DNA of 64,000 nt from Hormiphora californensis. Taxonomy: Eukaryota; Animalia; Ctenophora. The stretch spans positions 7,812,001-7,876,000 of the forward strand of contig CM035357.1 in the NCBI GenBank assembly GCA_020137815.1. Reading direction: 5' to 3'. This document shows, piece by piece, positions 40,101 to 48,867 of the stretch. Numbering within the stretch: position 1 is the stretch's first letter; each line of letters starts with the position of its first letter. The notes under the pieces were generated by a model. That model made no database searches. It saw only the letters and a program-made list of their open reading frames with translations, and had not been told where the DNA came from. The position numbers were made by a program, and so were the translations under genes.

Positions 40101-41436
40101 GAGTATTTGAACCTGTTATTCCCTCAACTCTGAGTAGAACGGGACGGAAGAGCGTTCCCTCTACCGGCATCGATCCCGCACCTAATATTTGAATGAGTTC
40201 TTTGATCGTGAAACCAAGGCCAACTAAAAAGAACAATTTTTTGGGGCCTATCAACCCTAGTTTAAAACCTCATTATATAGTGAGAATTGACCCTAGTTTA
40301 ATACTTAGTTCCTCCTCCAGAAAACTTACCAGCAGGATCTCGGACGGACAGGACAAAGACTACTTGGGTCTTTTGGGAGCCATAATCCAGGATGGCAACA
40401 TAAACCCCAATATCCTGACTGCAGGTCGTTTGAATTTGCATATGGTGATTCGTGATACTGAACTTGCCTGTAGAAAATTTAATAAACATGGTGATTAGTT
40501 GTTCTTATGCTGCTAGGATTTGAATATTAATGAGCGGCATCCTACTCCTCATATAATAGAGCTGTGAGATATAAACACAACCGTCAACCCAACAAGTCAT
40601 TTTCTGTACACACATCTATATGCAAACGATCCAGAGGGGCAAGTGACTTTGTTTTTTAGCTTTTTCTTTCCTAAATTCCCAGGAGCTCTGCATTATATAT
40701 GCTAGTTTCAATTAGGTTATCTAACCTCATCACCCCATATTTTAGAGTTTCATCATGAAAATGGTTTTACTACTCCTGACACTACTTCTACCAGCACTGG
40801 GTAGCGACCAGCAACTTTTCAATTCTCATCGGCGATGTTTTCAAGTACTCTAGCGAATAATACTGCTACCAAAGCCATAGATGGAAAATTCACCGCATCA
40901 AATGCACACTCGGTATGCAACGATAAGGAACAAGAGATCTGGATGGAGCTAGAGTTGAAAAACCTTGCTTTGGTTACCAAGGTTACCATCTACCCATCTC
41001 ATACTAATGATCAAGAAAATACCTACGAACGACCTGACGGAGCGAAAATATATCAGGTATATGTAACACTTGATCTGCCAAGCCCTAGTAGAGGTCCCAA
41101 GCATTTATTTAATGAATATTATTTCAGGTGACTCCCGAGGGAACGGAGGTATTTTGTGGATCGTATCATCCTGACTGGGATATCAAACCAGAATACTACG
41201 AGGTCCCTTGTAAACAACAAGACGTGCTCAGTGCGGGATTGATGATTCGTTTAACCAAGACCGGAACCGCATGTTTGCATTTTAAGGAAATTGAAGCTTA
41301 TGGCTCGATAGTGGGTAAGTCGAGAAGAGGACAGCATGGGTAACTGGTAAATTATAAGGGATCTTTGAAATGAAAATTGAAAAAGGGGAAGAGGGTAGGA
41401 AAAATAACTTCTGTTGGGCCCAGAAGTTTTGATAGA

Positions 41437-41478
<42 letters not shown>

Positions 41479-44400
41479 TCCTGGCTGTAGATGCTTACTA
41501 CTCTTCAAATTACCTGGAAGGACTGAGAGGTTAACAAATCGTCCTGATCTCCGCTTGTACCACTGTGTTTTGTAGCCCTGAGGTAGATTCTCTGGGATCG
41601 TCAGACTGGCAGGATGACCCTCATCCACTACAACTCTGTCTCGGTATTCTGAAACAAGTGTTGTTGTTTGCAATGTTTGTTTGCTTGTTTGTGTGTGTTT
41701 GTGTGTATGTTTGTTTGTGTTCCCTACCTTCTTTACAGTAGATAACATTGTAGATTACAGATAGTCCACTGGCCAGTTTTGCAATGTATGTTCCTGAAAA
41801 CACATCATACTACTTACTATTCAAATTGTCAGTGCTACATCACCTAGCAACTACACCTGCACGTGCAATTATTAGAGCAACTTAGAAACCTCACTCCCAG
41901 TTGCAGTTTTGGGTACTAAGGGAAATTCAATTCTGCACGTGCATTCTTTTACTTTTGTCCTGATGTCTAACTCTTCAACCCCAAGCGCTATTCGGCAACG
42001 GTCATCTGGGTCCGGAAGATCTGCTGCGGTCAGGGAGCAGGCTAGAGAATATATGACAGTTTACGCCAACGTGTTCAAGCGAGCCAATCAACGACTGCTG
42101 ATAGCTTTACCCAACGTCGCCCAAGGGTGATTACTCCAGTCGAATATAGAAATCTCCGAATCGGCTACATAGCGGCCAAGTTTGCACGTGATGAGTTTCT
42201 GGAACAGCACTGCAACTCCATGACATTGATCTCTTAAATTCGCACCTTGACATTGTCAGGAAGCCCAGAGCGTACAACAACATGGGTAGGGAGAAAGTGA
42301 GAAATAGGCTAGGAACGGATGGTGCAGATGATGTCAGCGTTCCCTAATCAAGCTACCATTTCCCCGAAATTCGCCCGTAGGGCGAACGGGCCTACTAGTA
42401 AGTCATAATGGTAAGTTAAGAATAGGTTTCTCTACCCTTTCCTCCTTATTTAAAGTGAGAGTGGACCGAGTCAGAATTGGATAAAATTGTTGTAGGTAGT
42501 AGAGATTAGTTTTCTGAGCATTTTGCGTTTTTGCCGCTCAAAATCGACCCACCCATCACTGAGATATCTTTATTATGTTGGGAGAATTCCTGCTGGATCA
42601 ATATTTATCAAACAGGATAGAAACAATCCTTGTGTTTTACTAACACATTCTTTAAATTTTGAATATGCTGGCTTGCATTGCCCTGCTTCTGTGCATGGAC
42701 ATGTCAACCTCACTGCTTATATTCAGAATGTGTTAGTAAAACACCACGATTGTTTCTTTTCTGTTTTATACATACTGATTAAACAGGAGTTCTCCCAACA
42801 TAACAAAAATATCTCAGTGATGGGTGGGTCGATTTTGAGCGACAAAAACGCAAAATGCTCAGAAAGCTAATCTCTACTACCTACAACAAACTTGTCCAAT
42901 TCTGATTCTGTCCACTCTCACTTTAATCCTGATCAGATCTCATTGATGATAACTTGCCTAATAACTATCTCTATAATTAAAGGCACTATATTAAACCATT
43001 ACCGGCCATTTCAGGAAGTACTTCAACCAGTCTGAGGATCCTTCCTCCATCGACCAGCCTCTCTCTCGCTGTGGGACGAACTACAACGTTCTGGCTCCTC
43101 CAGTCCTTCTTAAACCACCTCACCTGCCCAGTTGTACGGGGGTTCAGGTCCAGGGTGCCTGTAAGTATATGAGTTTATTAATAATAGAACTTGAACCACA
43201 GCAGATTGTGTTGCTCATACTGTCTGAATAACAAACAACACAAGATATATACCTCCAGTGAAGAATGCCTGTTCGGTAGAAGTTGTCAGGACAGAAAGTT
43301 GGAAGCGATGTACCACAGAACCAATACGACACATGTAAATTCCTGGAAATAATAGGATTGTAAATTAAATTAAACACTAAACAGGTAAATTGGTTACTAA
43401 ATCATGTTATTTCGTCACAGTTATAGGTACCTTCCATATCTTTCCCAACATTATGCAAAATCAGAGAAGTTCCATCCAGACTTATAACTGTCTCCCTTCC
43501 CCTGTTCCGATCCACATAAATCTGTAACGGATAACATGTGATCACTAGAGTATTATAATTTATTTGAAGATCCCATTCTATGAAATTATCTCAAACATTA
43601 CAAAACTTCATGTGTCTACTCATTCTCACCCGCATCTGTGTCTCTGTGCCATCCCTGTCAACCCTGAACCAGGAGGGAGCCACATCAGTATCATTCTCTA
43701 CAGTCATTACAGCACTCCTTCCAATTGCAGCTTCCACTGACACGGCATCTCCCGCTAGAGAAGATCGCAGTGACCTACCCGCTAAAAGGAAACACACTCT
43801 TTCTTTTCAGCCTTAAAACAACGTGTCTGTTGTTCAGTCGTGTTTGTTTGGTTTCGCAGTTGGTTTGTAAAGTGTCAGATTATACTTAAAGAATTTGTGT
43901 GTGTCAGGGCTTACCCTGGTCTGAGATTTCAAGGAGAAAGTTTTCTGTTCTGATAGAGCCGTAGAAACCCATCTCTACCGTGTACTTTCCTACAAGTTGG
44001 GAAGTATGCAAATAAGTTTACTAATACACAGACGATCTTCTTCTATATCTAATGCAAATTTGCACGGAAATGTGACACCCTATCGTCAATGTGACGACGT
44101 GATCCGTCAATGTGACGACGTGATCCGTCAGCGTGACGACATGATCCGTCAGTGTGACGACGTGATTCGTAGGTATCACGTATCACACGTGTTGAGAACT
44201 GCTTGCGACTCACATCACATGTATAAAAGGGAGAGAAAGAGAGAAAAAGAGAGGGATCACATCACATAGCATATAGCAGACAGGCAGAGAGAAAAACAGA
44301 CCCCTCGATTTGCGATCGGTACGATCGCCCCAGTTTTGCTAGTTAAATTAAACACCCACCCACCTGAATCAGTAATGACCAGGTTGTTCATTCTCAGGGT

Positions 44401-47186
44401 GTGACCTCGGTTCAGATAGTTGAATTTAGAGCTGTGTGTTATTCGTTGTAGATTACCCCCGTCGTCACGATACCACCGGTATGTCTAGAGAGACAACAAT
44501 AATTAGCTTTCTAGTGTTTCCGCTTTGTTGTTTTATAGACTTTAGATGCTTGTGTAATATAAAAACTTTAGATGCTTCAAGTTTGTTTATCTCATCTTTA
44601 ATTTTATTGTCATAATATCATGCTGCAACATACCTCTCCCTCAACGGTGGGTGTAAGCAGTGCCTGTTGCCCAATACCCAGCATTTGCACGGGGTGCGTG
44701 TAACCACTCTTCTTACTTATCATCAGCTCAAACTTGGTGTAGGACACATCCCCACTTAGGTAGGTCAACTTGGCAATGTAGAGACCTGGGAGAGAGAGGG
44801 AGGTTAGTGACCCGAGCGTGGGAGCGGGAAGAGCTAGGTATATTAGCTGATCAACATATATTTTTAGAACACATCAATTATCTCAGTACTTGTGCCACGT
44901 CTAACTTCTATAATCACTTCCATTATAATCACTCCATTTACCAAACAACAAAGACCAGAGAGAAATCATGTGAAATAATTTGATTGATTTCGAACCATTA
45001 TCTGAGTTCGTTAGAATTTCGTCTTCTAGACATATTTTGTATATAAATGCATTCATTGCGTTCAAATTCGCCACAAAGATTTTGGTTCTTTTCCTATATT
45101 TATGCCACAACAGACACACCCTCTAGTCCGTAACAGTATGTACCAGTATGCTGTGAGCGTTTACTCAGCTAATGAGGCTGACAGGCCCCACTCGAGCACA
45201 GGACACTACATCCCCTCCTCCAATCTCTCTTCGCAATCAGTTGCCAGTCACAGAACTGGGTCTGGTCATCTTGAGGTAAGCAGTTGTCAAAGGTTCTGCT
45301 GGATCCTACTGGATATCCCAAGCATTATTATTTTCTGCCCTAAATTTCCCAACCATAACATATCATCGTTTTAGACGGTCTTTAGGAGCAGAAAACTTTC
45401 GGACAGGGAAACATTTGACTACTTCGGCTCCTGTCCCTTTCTTCCCTCGTCTGAAGAGTCACTACAAGAAAGCGAAGAGGTACTCCAATCTCTATGGAGT
45501 GTAGGTCGTCGTTCAAATGGAAAACACGGTCACCAGAAACAGTATTTTGGGGGATTGGCATACAAGACATTCAATATTGCAGGTATATATTATTGTTGTA
45601 ATTTATTAATTATGATTCTAGTTCTTCCGGCACTATCGATGATATAAATAATCACTAATCAATCGTAATGAATATTGCCATTTCAGGAGCGATCTATATG
45701 ATAGATAGCCGCGTTTTCGAATCATATCCCGATTCCCTGCTGGGGTCACCTGATATTGACCAGTTTTATTGCATGGACAGAAGGATGTACTTCATAGAGC
45801 ACAGTCGCCATGTCTTTGAGAAAGTTGCCAGATTCTACACCCATGGAGATGCCCTTACACCACCCTGCTGCATCCCTAAAGACTTCTTTGAGCGATCCAT
45901 GGAGTTTTACAGGTTAACAAACTATTATAAAAACGCAGCCGCCACGCCCCTAGAGGAATTTGTTCCAAAGACCTGGAGGGAGAAGGTCTACGCTTCGATT
46001 TTCATACCCGAATATTCCAAGCTATCTCTGGTGTACAACCTGGTAGACACGGTAATTATAGTGATGGGCACTATTTTCTTTATCCTGGAGACGATTCAGG
46101 GCCTGGGAGACGGTATCTATCAGGCAGCAAAGGTTGTCAATGTAGTAGTTAATATTCATGTTTTGATTCAGTTGACCATGTTACTGTTGGTGCATCCAAA
46201 CAAAATAGAACTTTGTAAATCGCCCTTCACCTGGATTGATCTGATTGTTCTATCGACCTTCCTTGTGGAAAAAATCTTCACAGAGTCTTATCAAAACTTT
46301 GGGGTTTTCCGGATTTTGCGACTCTTTCGTGTCTCCATCATCACGAAGCTGTTACGAATGTCTAACAGCGGTAGAAGCATGCTAGCCTTCCTCAGCGTAT
46401 GCCGTCCTGAATTGGGCCTCATCTTCATCATCCTAGCCATGGCTGTCCTAATCTTTGGGCCGTTATTTCATTTTGTGGAGAAAGATACCTTCCCTAACGC
46501 GTTTGAGGGCATGTGGTTTTGTGTGGTAACTGTGTCCATGGTAGGCTACGGGGATCAGACACCGGAAACGGATCTTGGAAAGTTACTAGCGTGTGCCTAC
46601 ATAATTAGTAACATCACCATCTTGGCACTACCCATCTCACTGTTACTCGCTAAATTTAGCAAACAAAATAAAGGAAAGTAACTAGCGCTGGGGAAATTAA
46701 TACTTTTGAAACAATTCCACACTTCTTGCTCTATTAAACGGAAATTATTTATTCAGTTACAATTAAAAAGACTCCAACTCTAACTTTATTCTATGAAGTA
46801 TGTTATATGGATGTTATACCTTGATCTTCCCGGGTGAGAAAGAGGATCATGAGAAGGCGTTGATCTTTTGATATCTTAAACTTTGCCGACTGTTCTATCT
46901 GATAGATCGGTTCAGCAACAGGGCCCTTGAACCAATCCACGGTCTGAAACAATAAGTATTAATAATTGAATTGATGTTTGTCGGTTACATTGAATACAGT
47001 GAAGTTACAGTGAAGTTGCAGTGAAGATACTTAATATATTGTGTTTACCATGAGACCAGATTTTCCAGGTTCCACGGCGAGGGAAACTTTCACAGTCCCC
47101 TCATCCAACCAATACCTCTGCACCTCCCCTGAAGTGGTCGTCACACCACCCTGCAGCAGTGCCAAGACAAGGATGAGAGGGAGCAT
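123..47186 (-). CDS. Giant multi-exon Ig-array / TIL / integrin-beta-ectodomain chimeric protein (3' end continues beyond position 1)
   Basis: First exon 47049-47186 encodes a signal peptide (MLPLILVLALLQGGVTTTSG). Dozens of GT-AG-bounded minus-strand exons follow, each giving Ig-like segments (W-Y/F strand, then D-x-G-x-Y), and lead into TIL repeats (about 5400-6130) and integrin-beta homology (about 123-4170). Junctions checked by eye (e.g. 46820/44785, 8541/6561, 6398/6214) join in frame. Not every junction was checked. Confidence 0.8.
5400..6130 (-). CDS. Four tandem TIL-like (trypsin-inhibitor-like) Cys-rich repeats within the giant gene
   Basis: ORF 5428-6117 has repeated C..Y..C.PCQ.TC.....C...C...VC.CP..P....G.CI....CP units. 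The fourth unit is completed across an apparent frameshift near 5451. Confidence 0.75.
6130..46943 (-). CDS. N-terminal array of about 50 Ig-like domains (many short exons) of the giant gene
   Basis: Recurrent exon peptides such as TTWYRV..SLVFTRVTLGDAGVYEAEV (9031-9420), TLVLEKLQDTDAGVYLC (11689-), RWYYME..SLVIGKFTQDTKGYYKAVV (28569-), YKWLRD..MQIKNLMVQDEASYTVY (38877-) and VDWFKG..LMILFLTREDQGLYIAK (46943-44785). The count is an eyeball tally of G-x-Y F-strand motifs. Confidence 0.8.
7058..8431 (+). CDS. Intronless TRAFAC-class P-loop GTPase with C-terminal RBR RING2(Rcat)-like Cys cluster; nested antisense in host intron about 6562-8540
   Basis: 457-aa ORF with G1 GDVGTGKST, G3 DTPG and G4-like SHMD. 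C-terminus CNHCGFVWVKVEGCEGATICG...GCGRTITW. Confidence 0.85.
   Translation: MVSKLSKIKRMMGWKQKVKKPFIVMIGDVGTGKSTIVEKIAEQSGRSGDATFSLTTQSEIFWSYDGSMIIADTPGCNAIQDPFTHNQWVASAINFAPVSKIFIIVKAETRIDSVVSKVLQYNSKLLEIPEELVGVLVSHMDTVKYIDKQLKDNILEFCQIKDVVLTSKDEARHLLLRNLKKMSEKTKPIDFQIDGESFLKIFRVEPRERRALAAIDRRVDHFLTMKEDFDSNIIPAYQGKDLIDVLFAFQAWMADILAKMQSDMCVELGYDATFSGPNGNTEAAHCAMLANRLRVIMFEIRKLTAHHAQRSAVDARACNHCGFVWVKVEGCEGATICGNKSGDLPTPVDVRNTAFTTVGRFKFNWNSVKLLIERTTNTEVQLQATAGKDRVGCGRTITWCNMPRVNTLDLEDESQAPRQDGSEVLPKCDGYKDKLELEIEAKTEKLQLSDSKPGPSK
11987..12598 (+). mobile_element. Non-autonomous Helitron-type element, copy 1
   Basis: 5' A|TC (tcatactattattaaagc), 3' hairpin TTCGCCCGTAGGGCGAA followed by CTAG|T, no TSD. 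Ends are shared with the copies at 18902 and 41805. Confidence 0.7.
13720..13822. repeat. (CT)n / CTCTGCTAT compound microsatellite
   Basis: Directly visible. Confidence 0.9.
15211..16513. mobile_element. Foldback non-autonomous DNA transposon, TTAA target duplication (Kolobok/T2-MITE-like)
   Basis: ttaa|GGGTACACC...GGTGTACCC|ttaa. Near-perfect inverted arms of about 610 bp surround a spacer of about 80 bp, which is why mirror ORFs appear on both strands. Confidence 0.9.
17315..17742 (-). mobile_element. 5'-truncated non-LTR retrotransposon (LINE) 3' end
   Basis: ORF2 C-terminal zinc knuckle LLTGHGNLNYH...CNLCG..ETVKHVLTECP, a (GAA)n tail, and a 13-bp TSD TGCATCGGCCTTT at 17302-17314 and 17743-17755. 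Confidence 0.85.
17975..18102. repeat. Near-perfect 128-bp palindrome (hairpin) just upstream of the nested GPCR start
   Basis: TCCCCCTTTTTACAGAGCCCTGCC...GGCAGGGCTCTGTAAAAAGGGGGA. Confidence 0.85.
18165..23243 (+). CDS. Multi-exon class A GPCR with signal peptide, SRCR-like domain and multiple LDLa repeats (GRL101/RXFP-like 7TM, no LRRs seen); nested antisense in host intron about 17199-23746
   Basis: Exon 1 MKWLIFLCCVIFQG (18165-18204); SRCR-like GLVIDEGFTERHAMAVCRSLNY (about 18495-18631); LDLa exons at about 20089-20263 and 20381-20624. The terminal exon (20689-23243) has LDLa units ([27 protein letters not shown]) and a 7TM with GDLLTGCYL, IVWLP and LPLNSVINPCLY. Some internal exon boundaries are uncertain. 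Confidence 0.85.
18902..19544 (-). mobile_element. Non-autonomous Helitron-type element, copy 2 (inside an intron of the nested GPCR)
   Basis: On the minus strand it starts TCATACTATTATTAAAGCAAATAGGGAAAT (identical to copy 1) and ends TTCGCCCGTAGGGCGAGCGGGCTTACTAG|T. Confidence 0.7.
23380..23618. repeat. Head-to-head palindrome of a tRNA-derived (SINE-like) unit
   Basis: Symmetric about CCCTATATAGGG (centre 23512/23513). Each arm has a GGGTTTG...CAAACCC acceptor-like stem, an A box TAGCTTAGTGG and a B box GGTTCAATTCC. The right arm lacks the central anticodon-arm segment. Confidence 0.8.
24102..24748. mobile_element. MITE-like element with G10-TGACAC terminal inverted repeats carrying an internal minisatellite
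   Basis: GGGGGGGGGGTGACAC ... GTGTCACCCCCCCCCC, flanked on both sides by TATTA. Confidence 0.6.
24400..24678. repeat. 10-bp minisatellite (TGTAACACT[A/T])n
   Basis: Directly visible, about 27 units, with a few inverted units at about 24700-24731. Confidence 0.95.
29699..30158. repeat. 20-bp minisatellite (TCTACCATCTCACATGTCCC)n
   Basis: About 23 near-identical units, intronic. Confidence 0.95.
40755..41343 (+). CDS. Small secreted F-type lectin / F5-8 type C-like protein (2 exons, apparent frameshift after the signal peptide); nested antisense in a host intron
   Basis: MKMVLLLLTLLLPALG signal peptide at 40755, then in another frame SSTLANNTATKAIDG..AHS..IWMELEL..VTKVTIY. Intron 41058-41127, then FCG..YEVPC..CLHFKEIEAYG. 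Confidence 0.65.
41805..42398 (+). mobile_element. Non-autonomous Helitron-type element, copy 3
   Basis: A|TCATACTA start. The last 70 bp or so resemble copy 1 and end GAAATTCGCCCGTAGGGCGAACGGGCCTACTAG|T. Confidence 0.65.
42454..42922. mobile_element. MITE with long TIRs and TTAA target duplication (Kolobok/T2-like AG...CT ends)
   Basis: ttaa|AGTGAGAGTGGAC...GTCCACTCTCACT|ttaa, with imperfect inverted arms of about 150 bp. Confidence 0.85.
44083..44168. repeat. 21-bp tandem repeat (CGTCAATGTGACGACGTGATC) x4
   Basis: Directly visible. Confidence 0.85.
45668..46681 (+). CDS. Shaker-family voltage-gated K+ channel subunit (T1 + S1-S6), divergent, intronless CDS; nested antisense in host intron 44786-46819
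   Basis: T1 (NIAISG..YPDSLLG..YFIEHS..F..VARFY..G.L..P), S4 FRILRLFRVSIITKLLR, pore WFCVVTVSMVGYGD, S6 ILALPIS. Confidence 0.9.
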   Translation: MNIAISGAIYMIDSRVFESYPDSLLGSPDIDQFYCMDRRMYFIEHSRHVFEKVARFYTHGDALTPPCCIPKDFFERSMEFYRLTNYYKNAAATPLEEFVPKTWREKVYASIFIPEYSKLSLVYNLVDTVIIVMGTIFFILETIQGLGDGIYQAAKVVNVVVNIHVLIQLTMLLLVHPNKIELCKSPFTWIDLIVLSTFLVEKIFTESYQNFGVFRILRLFRVSIITKLLRMSNSGRSMLAFLSVCRPELGLIFIILAMAVLIFGPLFHFVEKDTFPNAFEGMWFCVVTVSMVGYGDQTPETDLGKLLACAYIISNITILALPISLLLAKFSKQNKGK

Positions 47187-47684
47187 GATGGTGTGGGTGG
47201 GCCGGCCACGGTGTATTGTCTTCAATACACCCACTGTTCAGTACTAGAATACGTAGCTGGGAGAAGGGGGAGACTGAGAGACTAGAGAGGGACTTAGTGT
47301 GCTCAAATGATGTGACCAATTTCACTTAACAATTACAGCTCAGTCAACACGACTTTAGCACTCATGCAAAGTAGTGAATGAGCGCTGAACAGTTGATCCA
47401 TAATTGTGTGGGCCAACAACAAAACTAATCAAGTCTGCAAAAAACGGCGGAAGCAGTGTCACGTAAATGTGAAGGAGCACAAAAATAACGATGTTTATGA
47501 AGGAGTATAGTTCTTCACCGTTTGTAGAAGATACAATTGGGTGGAATGTGGTAGGCTGGTACCGCAAGGCTCATTAACGTCATTCAACTATAGACCTATG
47601 TAATCATAGCGGTTTCAGCGGTTTCAATGCACAGGAGCCAGGACAAGACCGAAGACGAGATGATAAATAGAGAAATTAGAGGGC

Positions 47685-47989
<305 letters not shown>

Positions 47990-48281
47990 ATGTACGTGGG
48001 GGAACTGCTCAGGGACGACGGACAGTAATTTCAAATTACGTGCAACATAGCCTATCAACGAATGTCACCAATGGCCGGCAATTTGCTGGCAGGAGCTGGA
48101 GATGCCTCACACGTATTCAGCAAAGTACGTTTAGGTAACAAAAGGGTTCAGTAGTGTACGTTTAGGTAACAAAAGGGTTCACAAGGGGACACAGTATCAT
48201 TGTCTGCTTGCATTTGTGTGTGTATAGCATATCAGCTGCAGACAGCCGGGAGACTATTGGCAAGTGTCGTGTATCTTGTTC

Positions 48282-48385
<104 letters not shown>

Positions 48386-48867
48386 CATTTGAACAATTGT
48401 TCAAAAGGTGCTCCAACAATTAGAAAATGGTATCCTTTGCAGCAGCATTGTGCCAAAAGTTAATTGATATAACTAACTCCAGAAGAGCTTACAGGCGTGC
48501 GGGCGTGCCTTTGCGACATACAATTAAATAAGAAAACCACACTACCTATTTGAGCCTCTTTAATATCCAAAAGCTGTTACATTCTACCCGCCTAGCCTAT
48601 TAGTTGTTAGTCAGACGTGATCATCACGGTGATGCTTGGAAATCTTAATTCTTATTGCAAAAAAGAACAAATAAGTCAAAAGTATCAAATCAAAACATGA
48701 GGTCTCTTATCACGGAGACTCCTGAGCTCTTATAATAACTATCCATAAAGTCCGGGAACTATATTTGAATAAATTCAATATTGCAAAATAAACAATCGTA
48801 CCCGGAAAACTCATAATTAAATTTTCTGCCTTATAAAACGACGATCCCAAGAGGGAAAGGAACAAAA

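Noticed and set aside
45376-45582. Possible upstream coding exon of the Kv gene
   Set aside because: All three frames hit a stop between the next acceptor and ATG 45668, so at most a 5' UTR exon.
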